A stretch of 64,000 nucleotides of DNA from Bispira polyomma. Taxonomy: Eukaryota. The stretch spans positions 81,902,001-81,966,000 of the forward strand of contig OZ287752.1 of NCBI GenBank assembly GCA_965649765.1. The letters run 5' to 3'. Under the pieces are notes generated by a model. It was not told where the DNA came from, did no database searches, and saw only the letters and a list, made by a program, of their open reading frames with translations. Every line of letters starts with the position of its first letter. Position 1 is the stretch's first letter. Made by a program: the position numbers and the translations under genes. Positions 22,888-34,829 of the stretch are shown here, in pieces.

Positions 22888-25800
22888 TTAAAGTTTTCTT
22901 CCATTACTAGAATAAATATTGCTAACAAGTCTTTTCTGGTCTTCCATATCAAATCCAATACCGTGCAGATAGTTGGATACTGAATTGTATCTGAAATAAC
23001 AAAAAAATATCAACTAAAACATTTTGCTCATCACATGTGTGGTCAAGAATGACTAAACTATATCAACACATATTATATAATCACCTCAACATACCACCTC
23101 CTTCCAACAAGATACTGTCTCATTACCTCAACATACCACCTCCTTCCAACGTACTGTCTCATTACCTCCACATACCACCTCCTTCCAACAACATACTGTC
23201 TCATTACTTTAACATACCACCTCCTTCCAACAAGATACTGTCTCATTACCTCAACATGCCACCTCCTTCCAACAAGACACTGTCGCATTACTTTAACATA
23301 CCACCTCCTTCACACAAGATACTGTCGCATTACTTTAACATACCACCTACTTCCAACAAGATACTGTCTCACTACTTTAACATACCACCTACTTCCAACA
23401 AGATACTGTCTCATTACCTCAACATACCACCTACTTCCAACAAGATACTGTCGCCTTACCTCAACATACCACCTACTTCCAACAAGATACTGTCACATTA
23501 CCTCAACATACCACCTCCTTCCAACAAGATACTGTCTCATTACATCAACATACCACCTACTTCCAACAAGATACTGTCGCATTACCTCAACATACCACCT
23601 ACTTCCCACAAGATACTGTCTCATTACCTCAACATACCACCTCCTTCTAACAAGATACTGTCTCATTACTTTGACATACCACCTCCTTCTAACAAGATAC
23701 TGTCTCATTACCTTAACATACCACCTACTTCCAACAAGATACTGTCTCATTACTTTAACATATCACCTCCTTCCCACAAGATACTGTTGCATCACGTCAA
23801 CATACCACCTCATCCACACAAGATACTGTCTCATTACCTCAACATACCACCTACTTACTACAACATATGATCTCATCCCCACAAGGTACAATCTCATACT
23901 CTCAAAATACCATCTCATCCCCACAAGATACAATTTCAGTCCCTCAACAACAACTTCATCCCCACAACATACATTCTCACTCTCACAAGACACCACTTCA
24001 TCCCCACAAGATACCACCTTAACCTTACAAGATATTATCTCATCCCCACTAAATATCATCATGGTTCCCACAAGCTTAAGTACTCCCAACCTACTTTTCC
24101 TCTATATATTCCAGAAGTGCTTCCATGGTGCTGTACTTGGCCCCTCCAAATGAGGGAAGAAGGCCGTGTTCTTGAATGTCTCTATCTATTTCTTCCCTAT
24201 GAGCTTGTCTGCTTTCCTATATTAAAATAGATGGAACAGACTTTCTTTAGTATAGTATCTGTCATGGATTAGAACATTATGATTTTTATCTCAGTAGACA
24301 CCTCTTAATTTACACCTCTGTATTTCACAGAATCACTAAAAATCTGCAATCTGCTGACATTACTATAAGCAAGTGAGGAGGCTACATTTCATAATGGCTT
24401 CATATAATATCAAAAAGCCATTTGTAACCTCTGCTAGTGAATTGCCCTTCTTCCAGTCACCCATTCATACTTTTACTCTTGTCTCTATAGTAGTAGTTAT
24501 ATTTTATATTCCGATATTATATCAATTTATTGTTATTTTAACTTGCTCGGAATAAAGAATGTGAAATAATATAATGGATTTTAACACAATACAGCAAAAA
24601 CAATAGCACTCAGTAGGATGCACCCCTGCGCCATTGGATACAAAATCAACAGGGTTTGTGTTTTACTTACAGACCTAGGCTTCTCTTAAAGATGGCATAT
24701 CAAAAATAGCTTAATAACCTATTTAACCAAAACACATATTTCTTAGAAGGTATACCAGGTAAATACTCATTAATGCACACAGTAAGTACTTAGCTTTATA
24801 CAAATCTATTCTAAAATTTAGTGGTTTCTTCCTTAGCCCTCGCTCTCCAACAGAGTTTATTGAAAATTAGTTTGCATAACCCTGCTACAAACAAACGAAC
24901 AGACAGCCACTAAAACATAACCTCCTTGGTGGAGGTAAAAAACCCAAACCTCTGTTTTACTGTATTCCAGTGCAATCATGTGTTTATCTGCCCCACACAG
25001 CCCCATCAGCAAGGCCGAAATGATCCCTGTACGATCTTTTCCATGAGCACAACACACAATCCCAGGTACATTCTCAGGATAACACATGACATGGAGTACT
25101 GAAAAATAAGCACAGCAGAGCAAAAATACAGCAGTGTGAACAGTCAGAGGATAGAATCTATTAGTGAGGCAACTTTGCATAATGATAATGACCCTGTCTA
25201 TGTTCTAGGACACATCGTTGGTTGATTGATTCGGTTTTTGCACTTTAGAAGATGTCTCTTCTTTATTCAATCTCATCTAGCACACTGTACTTCTATCTTC
25301 ACTACCTGACTAAGATAATTGGCTCTTACCCAAATTTATTGGTCCCTGAAATATTTGGGCAATTGTTTCATGCCCAAAAAACAAACTCCAAGATCAAAGG
25401 TCATTGAGGTCAGACATTGCATCACTTACCCAAACTCCAAGATCAAAGGCCGTGCAGAGATCAGACACTGCATTAATTAACCAAACTCCAAGATCAAAGG
25501 CCATGCAGAAGTCAGATATTGCATCACTTAACCAAACTCCAAGATCAAAGGCCATGCAGAGATCACACATTGCATCAATTAACCAAACTCCAAGATCAAA
25601 AGCCATGCAGAGGTCAGATATTGCATCACTTAGACAAACTACAAGATCAAAGGCCATGCAGAGATCACACATTGCATCACTTAAAATGTCCAATGGTCCA
25701 AATAATAAGTCTATTTTGACAAGAGGATTACAGATCAATCCAAGACGGGCCTTATGAAAACATAGGGACAATCTAAATTACCTTTCTCTATATTCAATTC

Positions 25801-28333
25801 TGAGATATTTCTCACCTCTGAATAGATATGACTCAACAGTTCTCTTCATAATTGTAAGTAAACGCTCTATGGGTAACTGAGTTGCTGCTAAGCTCCTATA
25901 TATGATATCGCGTTGGCTACCTACATATAAAGCCACCCCAGTCAGGAATAAGACCCTCCCTCCTGATACACTCTGGAGTAGGACTTGTGATAGAGATTTC
26001 GGGGAATATACATAAACCATGTGTGTAATTGTTGTGATGAATAAAGGATAGAAATGTGAATGAAATGCTTATGTTCTCCAGCTTCTCCGAACCTGGACTT
26101 ATCTAAGCTCTACTTCACCCCTAGTTCAGGTTAGGACAGCATGCAGTTATTAAAGTGGTCATATAATGGACCCATCAACATGATCAAACAAGCTATTTAC
26201 CCTTAACTGTTGCCGACTATATTTTCAGAAATTGAAGATTTAATTGACAAATTTCATTATTAGCATATGGGAGTAACATCAACAACAAAAATTAACATTG
26301 ATTAGTCATCCACCTGAAACTTTGCAATGACTTGTCAATAACAGAACCTATTGGCTAAAAATCAATAATCTTCACAAAGCTATAACATAAGTTTACTTCA
26401 TAAAATTAGTAAATACATTTCATAAAGGGGCACAAAAGCCCATGTAGTCCCCTTTTATTTCTTAAGTTTGAGTTAACAGTCCATGGCCACACCCTTATAT
26501 AAAAACTGTCATTAGCTACGTTAAGTTTGAGTTAACAGCCCATGGCCATTAGTGGGTAAATCATTTGGGTTAGTGCAGATCAATAATAAACGTAAAATAA
26601 CTTCAATATCGGCCGATATCGGGAGGTAGCAAAAAGTATGAGAACAAACTGGAACGTATCTCGAAAAAAAAGCCATGCCCAAATAAAACCGTGAGTGAGA
26701 ACTGCTAAATAAGTTTATAAGTAAAAATGGATATAAAATGCTTATAATTCATTGTTTAAAAGGTAATAACCCTAAAATATTATTAAAATGGTTGAATAAA
26801 CGTTGTACCAAGATGTAATAAGCGTAATTTATGATATCGATGTGTTGTTATTATACATAGATATCGGCACGCAAAAGTCCAAACAATAAATATTGGCGAT
26901 ATTGTTAAACAATTTACCCACTAATGGCCATACACTTGTATAAAAACTGTCATTAACCACGTAAGGTTTGAATTACCAGCCCATGGCCATACCCTTGTAT
27001 AAAAACTGTCATTAGCCACATTCGACTGGTAAGAAAGATACTTATCTTATTTAATCTGAAAGAAAGATAAGTATGTCTCACTGTTCGTCTGCTTGATACC
27101 CAAAAAAAGATAAGTACCAAAGTTATGCGCATGTCTCACTGCTTAACTTTCTAATAAGTCATGTGACCAGTATACATAGCATGACCAACACTGTGCAGTA
27201 TAACTTCCATACAAGGATATTTAATTGTCAGTGACCTTTGACTGGACAAGAACCGCTAACGATGTGTTGCCTTTCAAAAAATGAAGGAAAAGAAATTGAA
27301 CAATATTAACTGAAATATTAAAGCTATTTCCCAACAGATTTTGATGCAACAAAAAGCACAATAATCGCAGTAAAACCTTCTCATCATATATTAACGAAAT
27401 TTAGTTTAGTTTACGAAGTATAGTTTTTATGTAAAATATTGTTATATCGCCCATCATGCATGTGGTATACTTTGGGTCTTTTCTTCTTCAATTTATGCTT
27501 GCCTTTGGCTGTAGATACTAATTTTTCCTGTGTGACTGGTAGCAAAATGGTTAAGTATCTCTGTTACTGCACAGGTGGGCGGAGTTCACAGATACTTATC
27601 TAAAAAACTACCAGTAGAACAGCCTAACTGTATGTGCATTTATTGTCTGTGGCTATTAACCTTGACAGTGTTAACATTTAAGGTCATTCAGCCCACATGT
27701 CATGATAAAAAACAACATTCACCCAAACGAAAACAGACTAAATGAAATATAAAAAAATCCTTCTTTACCTGCACATATTTCTTTTCCAGAGAAGTCTATC
27801 ATTCCTTTATACAGCCCCAATAATCCATGGTTGTTAATCACATGGTGCACTATGATTTTCTGAAAAAACAAACCTCCAAATATTTTGTACAGTAAAGCAA
27901 CAAAGTATATAATCAGCCTGTACCTGATAGGTGTTTTACGTATTGCTGCCCCAAAGTATCGGTTAGATATTAAATCAAATATAAAATGAGCCTTTCCCTC
28001 TTCATTTGACTTTAAACCTCTGTGGAAATTGTTCACCTCTGCATCTTTCCCAGTTTTATCAATTTTGATAAACTGAAATACATTTGGTCTGTCTTGTGAG
28101 GGTTTTACAACTGTCGGCTGAAAAACCTCATCGGCAAGTTTTTGCCCCGAGGCATTTCGATATTCTTTAAGCGATCTCAAGTCGTATATGGTATTAATGT
28201 TTAACCTTTTCAACTTGTCCAATTCAACTTGACTGACTTTATCCGGCCTCGCCGATCGGAACATATTTGTGCAGGGAATTCTTCGAAAGTTGTTAATACT
28301 TTCAAAACTACAGCACTGATCAGTTGACATCAT
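22888..28333 (-). CDS. Cys-based protein tyrosine/serine (possibly lipid) phosphatase of the IphP/PtpB/LipA (Y_phosphatase3) type; four coding exons, about 312 aa
   Basis: Phase-consistent GT-AG exons 28333-27769, 25098-24950, 24216-24095 and 22990-22888. Motifs INNFR, MFRSARPD, INTIYDLRS..E, active-site VCCAHGKDRTG, IALEYSKT, and C-terminal TMEALLEYIEEKYNSVSNYLHGIG. Confidence 0.9.
23078..23856. repeat. 42-bp minisatellite in the last phosphatase intron
   Basis: About 18 tandem units of CATTACCTCAACATACCACCTCCTTCCAACAAGATACTGTCT, followed by degenerate shorter units to ~24075. Confidence 0.95.
24598..24940. mobile_element. Probable non-autonomous Helentron-associated (HINE-like) element in a phosphatase intron
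   Basis: Starts AACAATAGCACTCAG and ends with a (CAAA/CAGA) microsatellite plus the stem-loop ACCTCCTTGGTGGAGGT, with A/T-run termini. Partly retained at ~46940-47162. Confidence 0.5.
25382..25684. repeat. 39-bp minisatellite (about 7.5 units) in a phosphatase intron
   Basis: Unit CAAACTCCAAGATCAAAGGCCATGCAGAGATCAGACATTGCATCACTTAAC-like. Only about one unit at the paralogous site 47430-47490. Confidence 0.85.
26550..26923. mobile_element. hAT-type non-autonomous element
   Basis: TIRs TAGTGGGTAAAT / ATTTACCCACTA with a perfect 8-bp TSD ATGGCCAT. It interrupts a ~59-bp tandem repeat (26463-27020). Confidence 0.85.
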
Positions 28334-29935
28334 TTGTTCTTTACTAATGCTTACAACAATCTGGAAAGACAAAATATTCAAGCATACAGTTAAACCCCTT
28401 CCAAGTGGAGCCTCAAGAGGAAGCAGGAATATATATATATCTCTACTTTCCATTTTATAGGCTAAATTGGAAAAGAAAATGTCATTGTAGAAGTCTAGAC
28501 TTTTCTCCAGATACAATGGGTACAAGAGTTCTACTTAAAGCTGTGCCAGATAAAAGTACACACATACCTATTGTTTCAATAACACTTTCAGTAAACCCAC
28601 TGTGAAGATATCATTGCATTGGTGCATATATTTCTACTTAACCATAGCCAGAGTAATAGCAAAACCAAAAAGCAAATATATTTACAGTAGTGAACAAACA
28701 TCAATACGTACCGATAAATTGCTTTAATATAGTTCTACTTGGTTCAATAATATTTATAATAAACACTACTGTGAAAAATCTGCAGTGGTGCATATATACC
28801 TACTTAGCAATAACTAGAGTAATAACAAAGAAAATAAGGAAATTAATTTACAATTGAACATCAATACATACTGTATGCAGTAGTTTGCCAGTCAGTCTAT
28901 AATACTCAGCCAACAATAACAGGTAGATATCAATTACTGCCACTTTTTATTGAATCATATCCTGGGTTCACGAGTAGAAAGTACATGTATTGTATCTATT
29001 GATATTGTGTTTCTGCTCTTCACAGCATTATATCTATAAATAGACTACCACTACATTACTTAAATTATTCAAAATACATTTCTGCACATATATCTATATA
29101 TTAATCCAAGTGTGTATATTATATGATCAATATGGTGCTTTCATTGTGGTGTAATTGATCAAAGTGTGTATTGTGTGCTGTTTATACTCTAGAATCATTT
29201 TAGTGAGACTGGTACTCCCAATTGGAGAATCAGTGTGTTTATATACTGTGTTATTTATACTGGCAACCTTCACCTTACATTGTTTATGCACTGGGCAAAA
29301 ACATTAACCTGTTTATGGCTCTTATTTTGTACCGGAACTGTTTATTGGTGTAACACTATAAGAACATACATAAACAGTGATACCTGTCATATCTCTATGA
29401 AAATTAGATATAATGTGGGTTTTTATCCCTATATTTACAAATGTGGGTTATTTATCCCTAGCCACGTTTACTTGTGTCTTGAAATTATCTGTTCTTCTGC
29501 TTTTAAAATTTCATTTATTTAAGTTAAATGAATATACAAAAGATTTTTTTTTCAATTTTAAATTGAATATTCGTATTAATTGGATTTTAGTTATCTATAC
29601 AATTAAAAACTAGATTTCATATAAGTTTCCCACTTAGCTTTAGCTTTATTATGATTAACGCCGATGTTTATTAATAGCAGATATCACTTGTGCATTAGAA
29701 TGGATTGTACCAAGGGGGCATATTTATAAAAAAATTGCATTCTTACCAAGAGATAGTTTAGTAACAGTAAAGTATTTCTCATTTATTCCCTACAGCCTAC
29801 GTCTCTATCTACACATTCTTACCGAGAGCTACTTTAGTACACAGTAAAGTATCTCATTTATTCCCTAAAACCTACGTCCATATCCACATAAGTTAAAACA
29901 AAATAGAGGCAATGTTATTAAATTATATCTTATAC

Positions 29936-30005
29936 CTATTTAACATATTGTCATGTTCGCCGAGTATTGATCGGCGTGGTATTTACTGTATTCCGCCATT
30001 TTGAA
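29936..30005 (-). promoter_or_regulatory. Candidate non-coding first exon / promoter of the phosphatase gene
   Basis: Locally CpG-rich, CAAAATGGCGG (YY1-like) motif, AG|GTATAA donor at 29935. The first coding exon starts with a strong acceptor (TTTTGTCTTTCCAG, 28361), so an upstream exon is required. Confidence 0.4.
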
Positions 30006-31982
30006 ATGAGATCTTGAAGGGTGAGATCTCTGTCACAAAATCTCGTTCGTCGGCGATATTTCGGTAGTATAAAAGGGTACACAAACAGGGCCCAGGGCTG
30101 CATTTTTAAAAGAGAGAACCGACCGACCAACATCAACCTACATCAACCTACAACAGCCATTATATACTGCAAGATGGACAGAGAAAGGTCTAGGTAGGAA
30201 TACACATCCAACTGACAAAATGTTTAGTTACATACAGCCAGTATAATGTTAACCTGCTAGGAATTCATAGTCTAATAGGCAGTTCACACTTTAGGAATCT
30301 GTAGCCATTGGAATTTAACAGCTCAACTAATTTCATTTATCTAGTTTAGGATACACACCACTAAATTTATCACTCTCTGAAGATGTCAGTCCAGTCAGCT
30401 GGGAATGTATATAGTTTTTAGCAACTCTAGTTGACTGTAATTACTTAGTAGGTCTTAGCATTTTATTTTGATAGCTAGTTTAGTCTACTGCTTTAAATGT
30501 TTGTTTGACTTGCATAGATTAGCTTGCTTTATTAGTAAATAGTTAGTGTTTCATTAACTTGTGTTGCTTGAGGTTCATATTTTGCCTGTTTTACACTTAG
30601 GCTTGCTGTGTTGTATTTTATATGCAATAACTATCAAATATTCACATTCACGAACCACCAGACCCTTGGCATGCTACAATATTCACTATTGGTAATTAAC
30701 TGATTATATTGTGAAAAGTAATTAAAAAAAAACAATTCCATGTGGTATCTGTGAGGGATTATTTTACCTGCAAACATGATTTTTACCTGACGTTGTGAGG
30801 ATGAAACAGTTGTAAACTGTCATTCTTAGGATTTTTTAATAGTACCAGCCAATTAGATTTTTTGAAAGAATATTTTTAGCCAATCAAATTGGTTGAGACA
30901 AAAATTAAGGAATAACAATGTAAATACAAGTCGAAAACTGCACTTTTTGTAAGTTTAGAATAGGTTTTATTGGGGACACAAAATGTACTAGGACTGTGCC
31001 ACTCCGAATATTCATGCATGGTCTGATTAAATATGAAAGTATAAAGTTGAACTAGGATTTAGGATATAATAGCAGTGCCTAAAAAGGAAAGAATCACAGT
31101 TTTGTATGGCAGCTAAGGTACAACAAATAGATTAGTGTAGTCAAAAATGTTTATTGGTTTAATTTTTAGCTAGAAACAAGGCAATCAGATGATACAAAGT
31201 TTTTCCATTCATTGTGTTGCCAGACCTCTATGTGATCTTTAATCAATGTTATTTTGGATTTAACAGGGTTGAGAGGTTAAACATGGAACTACTTCATGAA
31301 TTAAGCTTTTTTTCACGCTTGTCTGCATAGTAGATTACAACATTTGGCCAGTATGTAAATACAACGAACATGATCTGTAACAGTCATTTAGGTGTACATA
31401 GTAAGAAACTGTTCATTGCAAGAAATACTTTTAAGTGTCTCATATATAGTAAAAATAAAAACTTCAGCAAATAAATATACCATTATATCAATATTTATTG
31501 TCATTATATATTTGAAAAAGTATATTATCTTTTAGTTTTTACAATTTAGGCTGAGAAGTAAACACATTAATTGCCCCACTTGTTCTTGATCAATATCAGT
31601 TATACGAACACAGAAAATGCAATTTGTGTATCTTTTAATAAAAAAAATAGCATATGGTAATGGATTTAAGGCTTCTCTAGGTTTACATACAATTCAAAAT
31701 ACAGCATATACCACCACATACTTGTGTAATATTTTATCCTTAGTGTAAACTCTACCATGCAAACTATATTTGAGGGATAACACATGACAAAGCATGCTAT
31801 ACAGTAATTTTTAGCACGATTGGAAAAGTAGTAACACGAAGGCGAAGCCGTGTCATGTTAGAATACAGCTTCTGCTCATTGAGAAATAATATAGAAATTT
31901 AAATTGAGCCTACTGCCAGGTTAAGATCATGTGGCTTCTTTCTGCACCCCCTTCCTCCCTTCCCCATCTAAATCCTCAGAGT

Positions 31983-32620
31983 CTTTTGTGTGTGTCTACA
32001 AGGCCATATGTGAACCCTGTGTAAGTAGTGACTTAAGATGTTTTTGTGTGAGTCTACAAGGCTGTATGTGAACTCTGTGTAAGTAATGACTTAAGATGTT
32101 TTTGTGTGAGTCTACAAGGCTGTATGTGAACTCTGTGTAAGTAGTGACTTAAGATGTTTTTATGCGAGTCAACAAGGCTGTATGTGAAGTCAGTGTAGGT
32201 AGTGACTTAAGATGTTTTATGCGAGTCTACAAGGCTGTATGTAAACTCTGTGTAAGTAGTTACTTAAGATGTTTTTGTGTGAGTCTACAAGGCTGTATGT
32301 GAACTCTGTGTAAGTAGTTACTTAAGATGTTTTTGTGTGAGTCTACAAGGCTGTATGTGGACTCTGTGTAAGTAGTTACTTAAGATGTTTTTGTGTGTGT
32401 CTACAAGGCTGTATGTGAACTCTGTGTAAGTAGTTACTTAAGATGTTTTTGTGAGTCTACAAGGCTGTATGTGAACTCTGTGTAAGTAGTGACTTAAGAT
32501 GTTTTTATGCGAGTCAACAAGGCTGTATGTGAAGTCAGTGTAGGTAGTGACTTAAGATGTTTTATGCGAGTCTACAAAGCTGTATGTAAACTCAGTGTAA
32601 GTAGTTACTTAGAATGTTTT
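31983..32620. repeat. ~59-60-bp minisatellite (about 11 units)
   Basis: Unit GTCTACAAGGCTGTATGTGAACTCTGTGTAAGTAGTGACTTAAGATGTTTTTGTGTGA, with a recurring variant pair. Confidence 0.95.
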
Positions 32621-34829
32621 TTTTACAGTCTTGTTTGCCATTTTAAATATAAGTCTAAAAAGACACATTTTAGGCCAAACACAATAAGACTTGTTTCCCT
32701 ATAGGTCCATATGGACCTACTTCAGTATAAATGTGTCACAGAGTTACGAACATTTAAATCATTACTAGTGAATCATATTGAGACCCCATTTTAGTTTTGG
32801 GTAAAGTAGAGCCCAGCTTGGATGTACTGACCAAATATTAAACAAAACCTCCATGAAGTATTGGAGAAAACCCTACCATAACCGGCACAGTTTTATCCAG
32901 GGTGAATAAATGGTTTTACCTTCCCTTTCGAGAAACCGAGAAAATAATAAAACAGACATCAAAAGAAAACATTAGAAGTTTGATCTGTTATCCAAGGGGT
33001 CGCATTCAAAAAGAGTTCTAAACTCTGAGGCCATAATTAAGTAGTCTCAAATTTGAGATTTAGTCACCCAATAAAGTTTCAAGTTTGTATTCACGAAAAG
33101 TGGCTCAGTTCAGAGAGCGATATCAAATCTTAAATTTTAATTTTAATCTACTTAAGTGGTAATTACTCTGGAGCCTTGAGAGTACAAGTAAAAGAGTGAT
33201 CGGGTTTTGGTTTTTCATAATACAAATAACACCATTTTTTTGTAGAACATACAGTTATATTAATTAATGCTCATTTCATACATAATATCAAACGTAAACA
33301 TGGAGTAGTACATGGAATACATGTTCAACTAAGAATTTAGAATAGCATACACAGATTAACATCCCTACCATCCTTAGATTTGGGGGGCTAGATAAACATT
33401 TCTCATTACGTGGTGAACCTTAACTCTCTTTCTCCAGCAACAAGTGTCGGCCATTTTGTTTCTGTGTGCACAAGTCATCTGTAGTACTCTAGATCAATCT
33501 GAGAGAGTGTTTTGTGTGTTAATGTGTGAGACAACAAGAGTATTTCTGTAGGGTATTTTCACTGTTTATGTGTTTTTACTAATTTATGTAAGGATAAGAA
33601 CTACTATAACTAAAACAGATATCTAAAGAGCTGAGTTAATTAAATTTTACTTTTGAATTAAGAAAATACCATTGCAAAAATATAGTTATATATATTCATC
33701 TGAAAGTGAACTTGTACAACTCAGCCAGTTATAACTTGTATGGTTTCAGTTTACCGGAGTTGTACAAGTTATAGCGTGTACAGGTCAAGGTATAACTTGT
33801 ACAACTTTTAGGCTTCCAAAACACTAACCTTTACACCAAGCTGACACAAGTAATCACAGACCAATGACAAGTTACGTTTTGCTACTGAATTAAAAATATA
33901 GTATTGTAACAATACACTTCATAAAAGTGTCTGTTATTACTATTATTATATACATGTGAAAGTGATCACAGATTAATGACAAACTATACCTTGCTTCTGA
34001 ATTGACAAGATAGTATTGTAACAATTTATATGTGAAATATAAATGCGTATATATAAAAGGATTGATCTGCTTACTTGACAAAAATATAGAAATTATATTA
34101 AGTTTGATAGAATTAAAACATAAGTATTAGACCAGACAGTCATATAAAACATATGCAACTTTTGTGAATATTACTAATGACATTGACTTTTAACTATGAT
34201 GATTTGAATACTATATTAATGTTAGCTCAGTAGCCAAAGAAGAGTAACATACAATAAATATTTTTGTTTCTTTCTGTTCTATTTGTGTCGTATTTTGATC
34301 ATTTCTGTACTGTTGAAACAATATATATGCATAAATACGTGAACAAGTAAAATATGTTTTGCCCAGTCAAGCACATTCAGCCAGAGCTTGAGATTTGTTT
34401 TTTCGTAAAAGTTGTCAAACTTTACAAATCAATTAAAAGCCAGTTTTACAAACATTAGATAAATTGATTATGCAATACTGTTGAATATTCAAGTTAGTAA
34501 CTTGTGCAAGGTAGTGCCAAAGCGCTAGTAAGGTTAGTGCTACACAAAATACCACTAGCGTGTATCCCTGGCCAATTGGCCCGACCTGCCATCATTAACC
34601 CCTATCTTGCTGCCAAAAATGCATTTACCTCACTTGAAAAACTAAATCTGAAGTGGCCAGACGCCATCTTAAAAAATATACAGAAAATATGATGTTGTGG
34701 AACTTTTAACCAGATCTTAGTCATTTTAGGCTTCATTTTAATATTTTGATCAACTATATGGTCATCGATTGTGCTTGTGGATCCAGTGGTTGCAGTGTTC
34801 CGGTGTTATAAATAACTCTGTTTTGACTC

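Larger units (their letters stand above)
13390..26100 (+). repeat. Segmental duplication, copy A (paralogous to ~37440-47890)
   Basis: Collinear similarity of unique flanks, SLC6 exon 1, intron, exon 2, downstream region and part of the phosphatase introns, e.g. 13720-14280 vs 37780-38350 and 25700-26100 vs 47490-47890. Confidence 0.92.

Noticed and set aside
23037-24153. ORFs with repeated HYLNIPPPSNKILS
   Set aside because: Translation of a 42-bp intronic minisatellite lying between two phase-consistent phosphatase exons.
25394-25771. Repetitive ORFs on both strands
   Set aside because: 39-bp minisatellite, not conserved in the paralogous segment.
28361-28525. N-terminal ~55 aa of ORF 27719-28525
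   Set aside because: They lie upstream of a strong splice acceptor at 28361. The likely start is the ATG at 28333.
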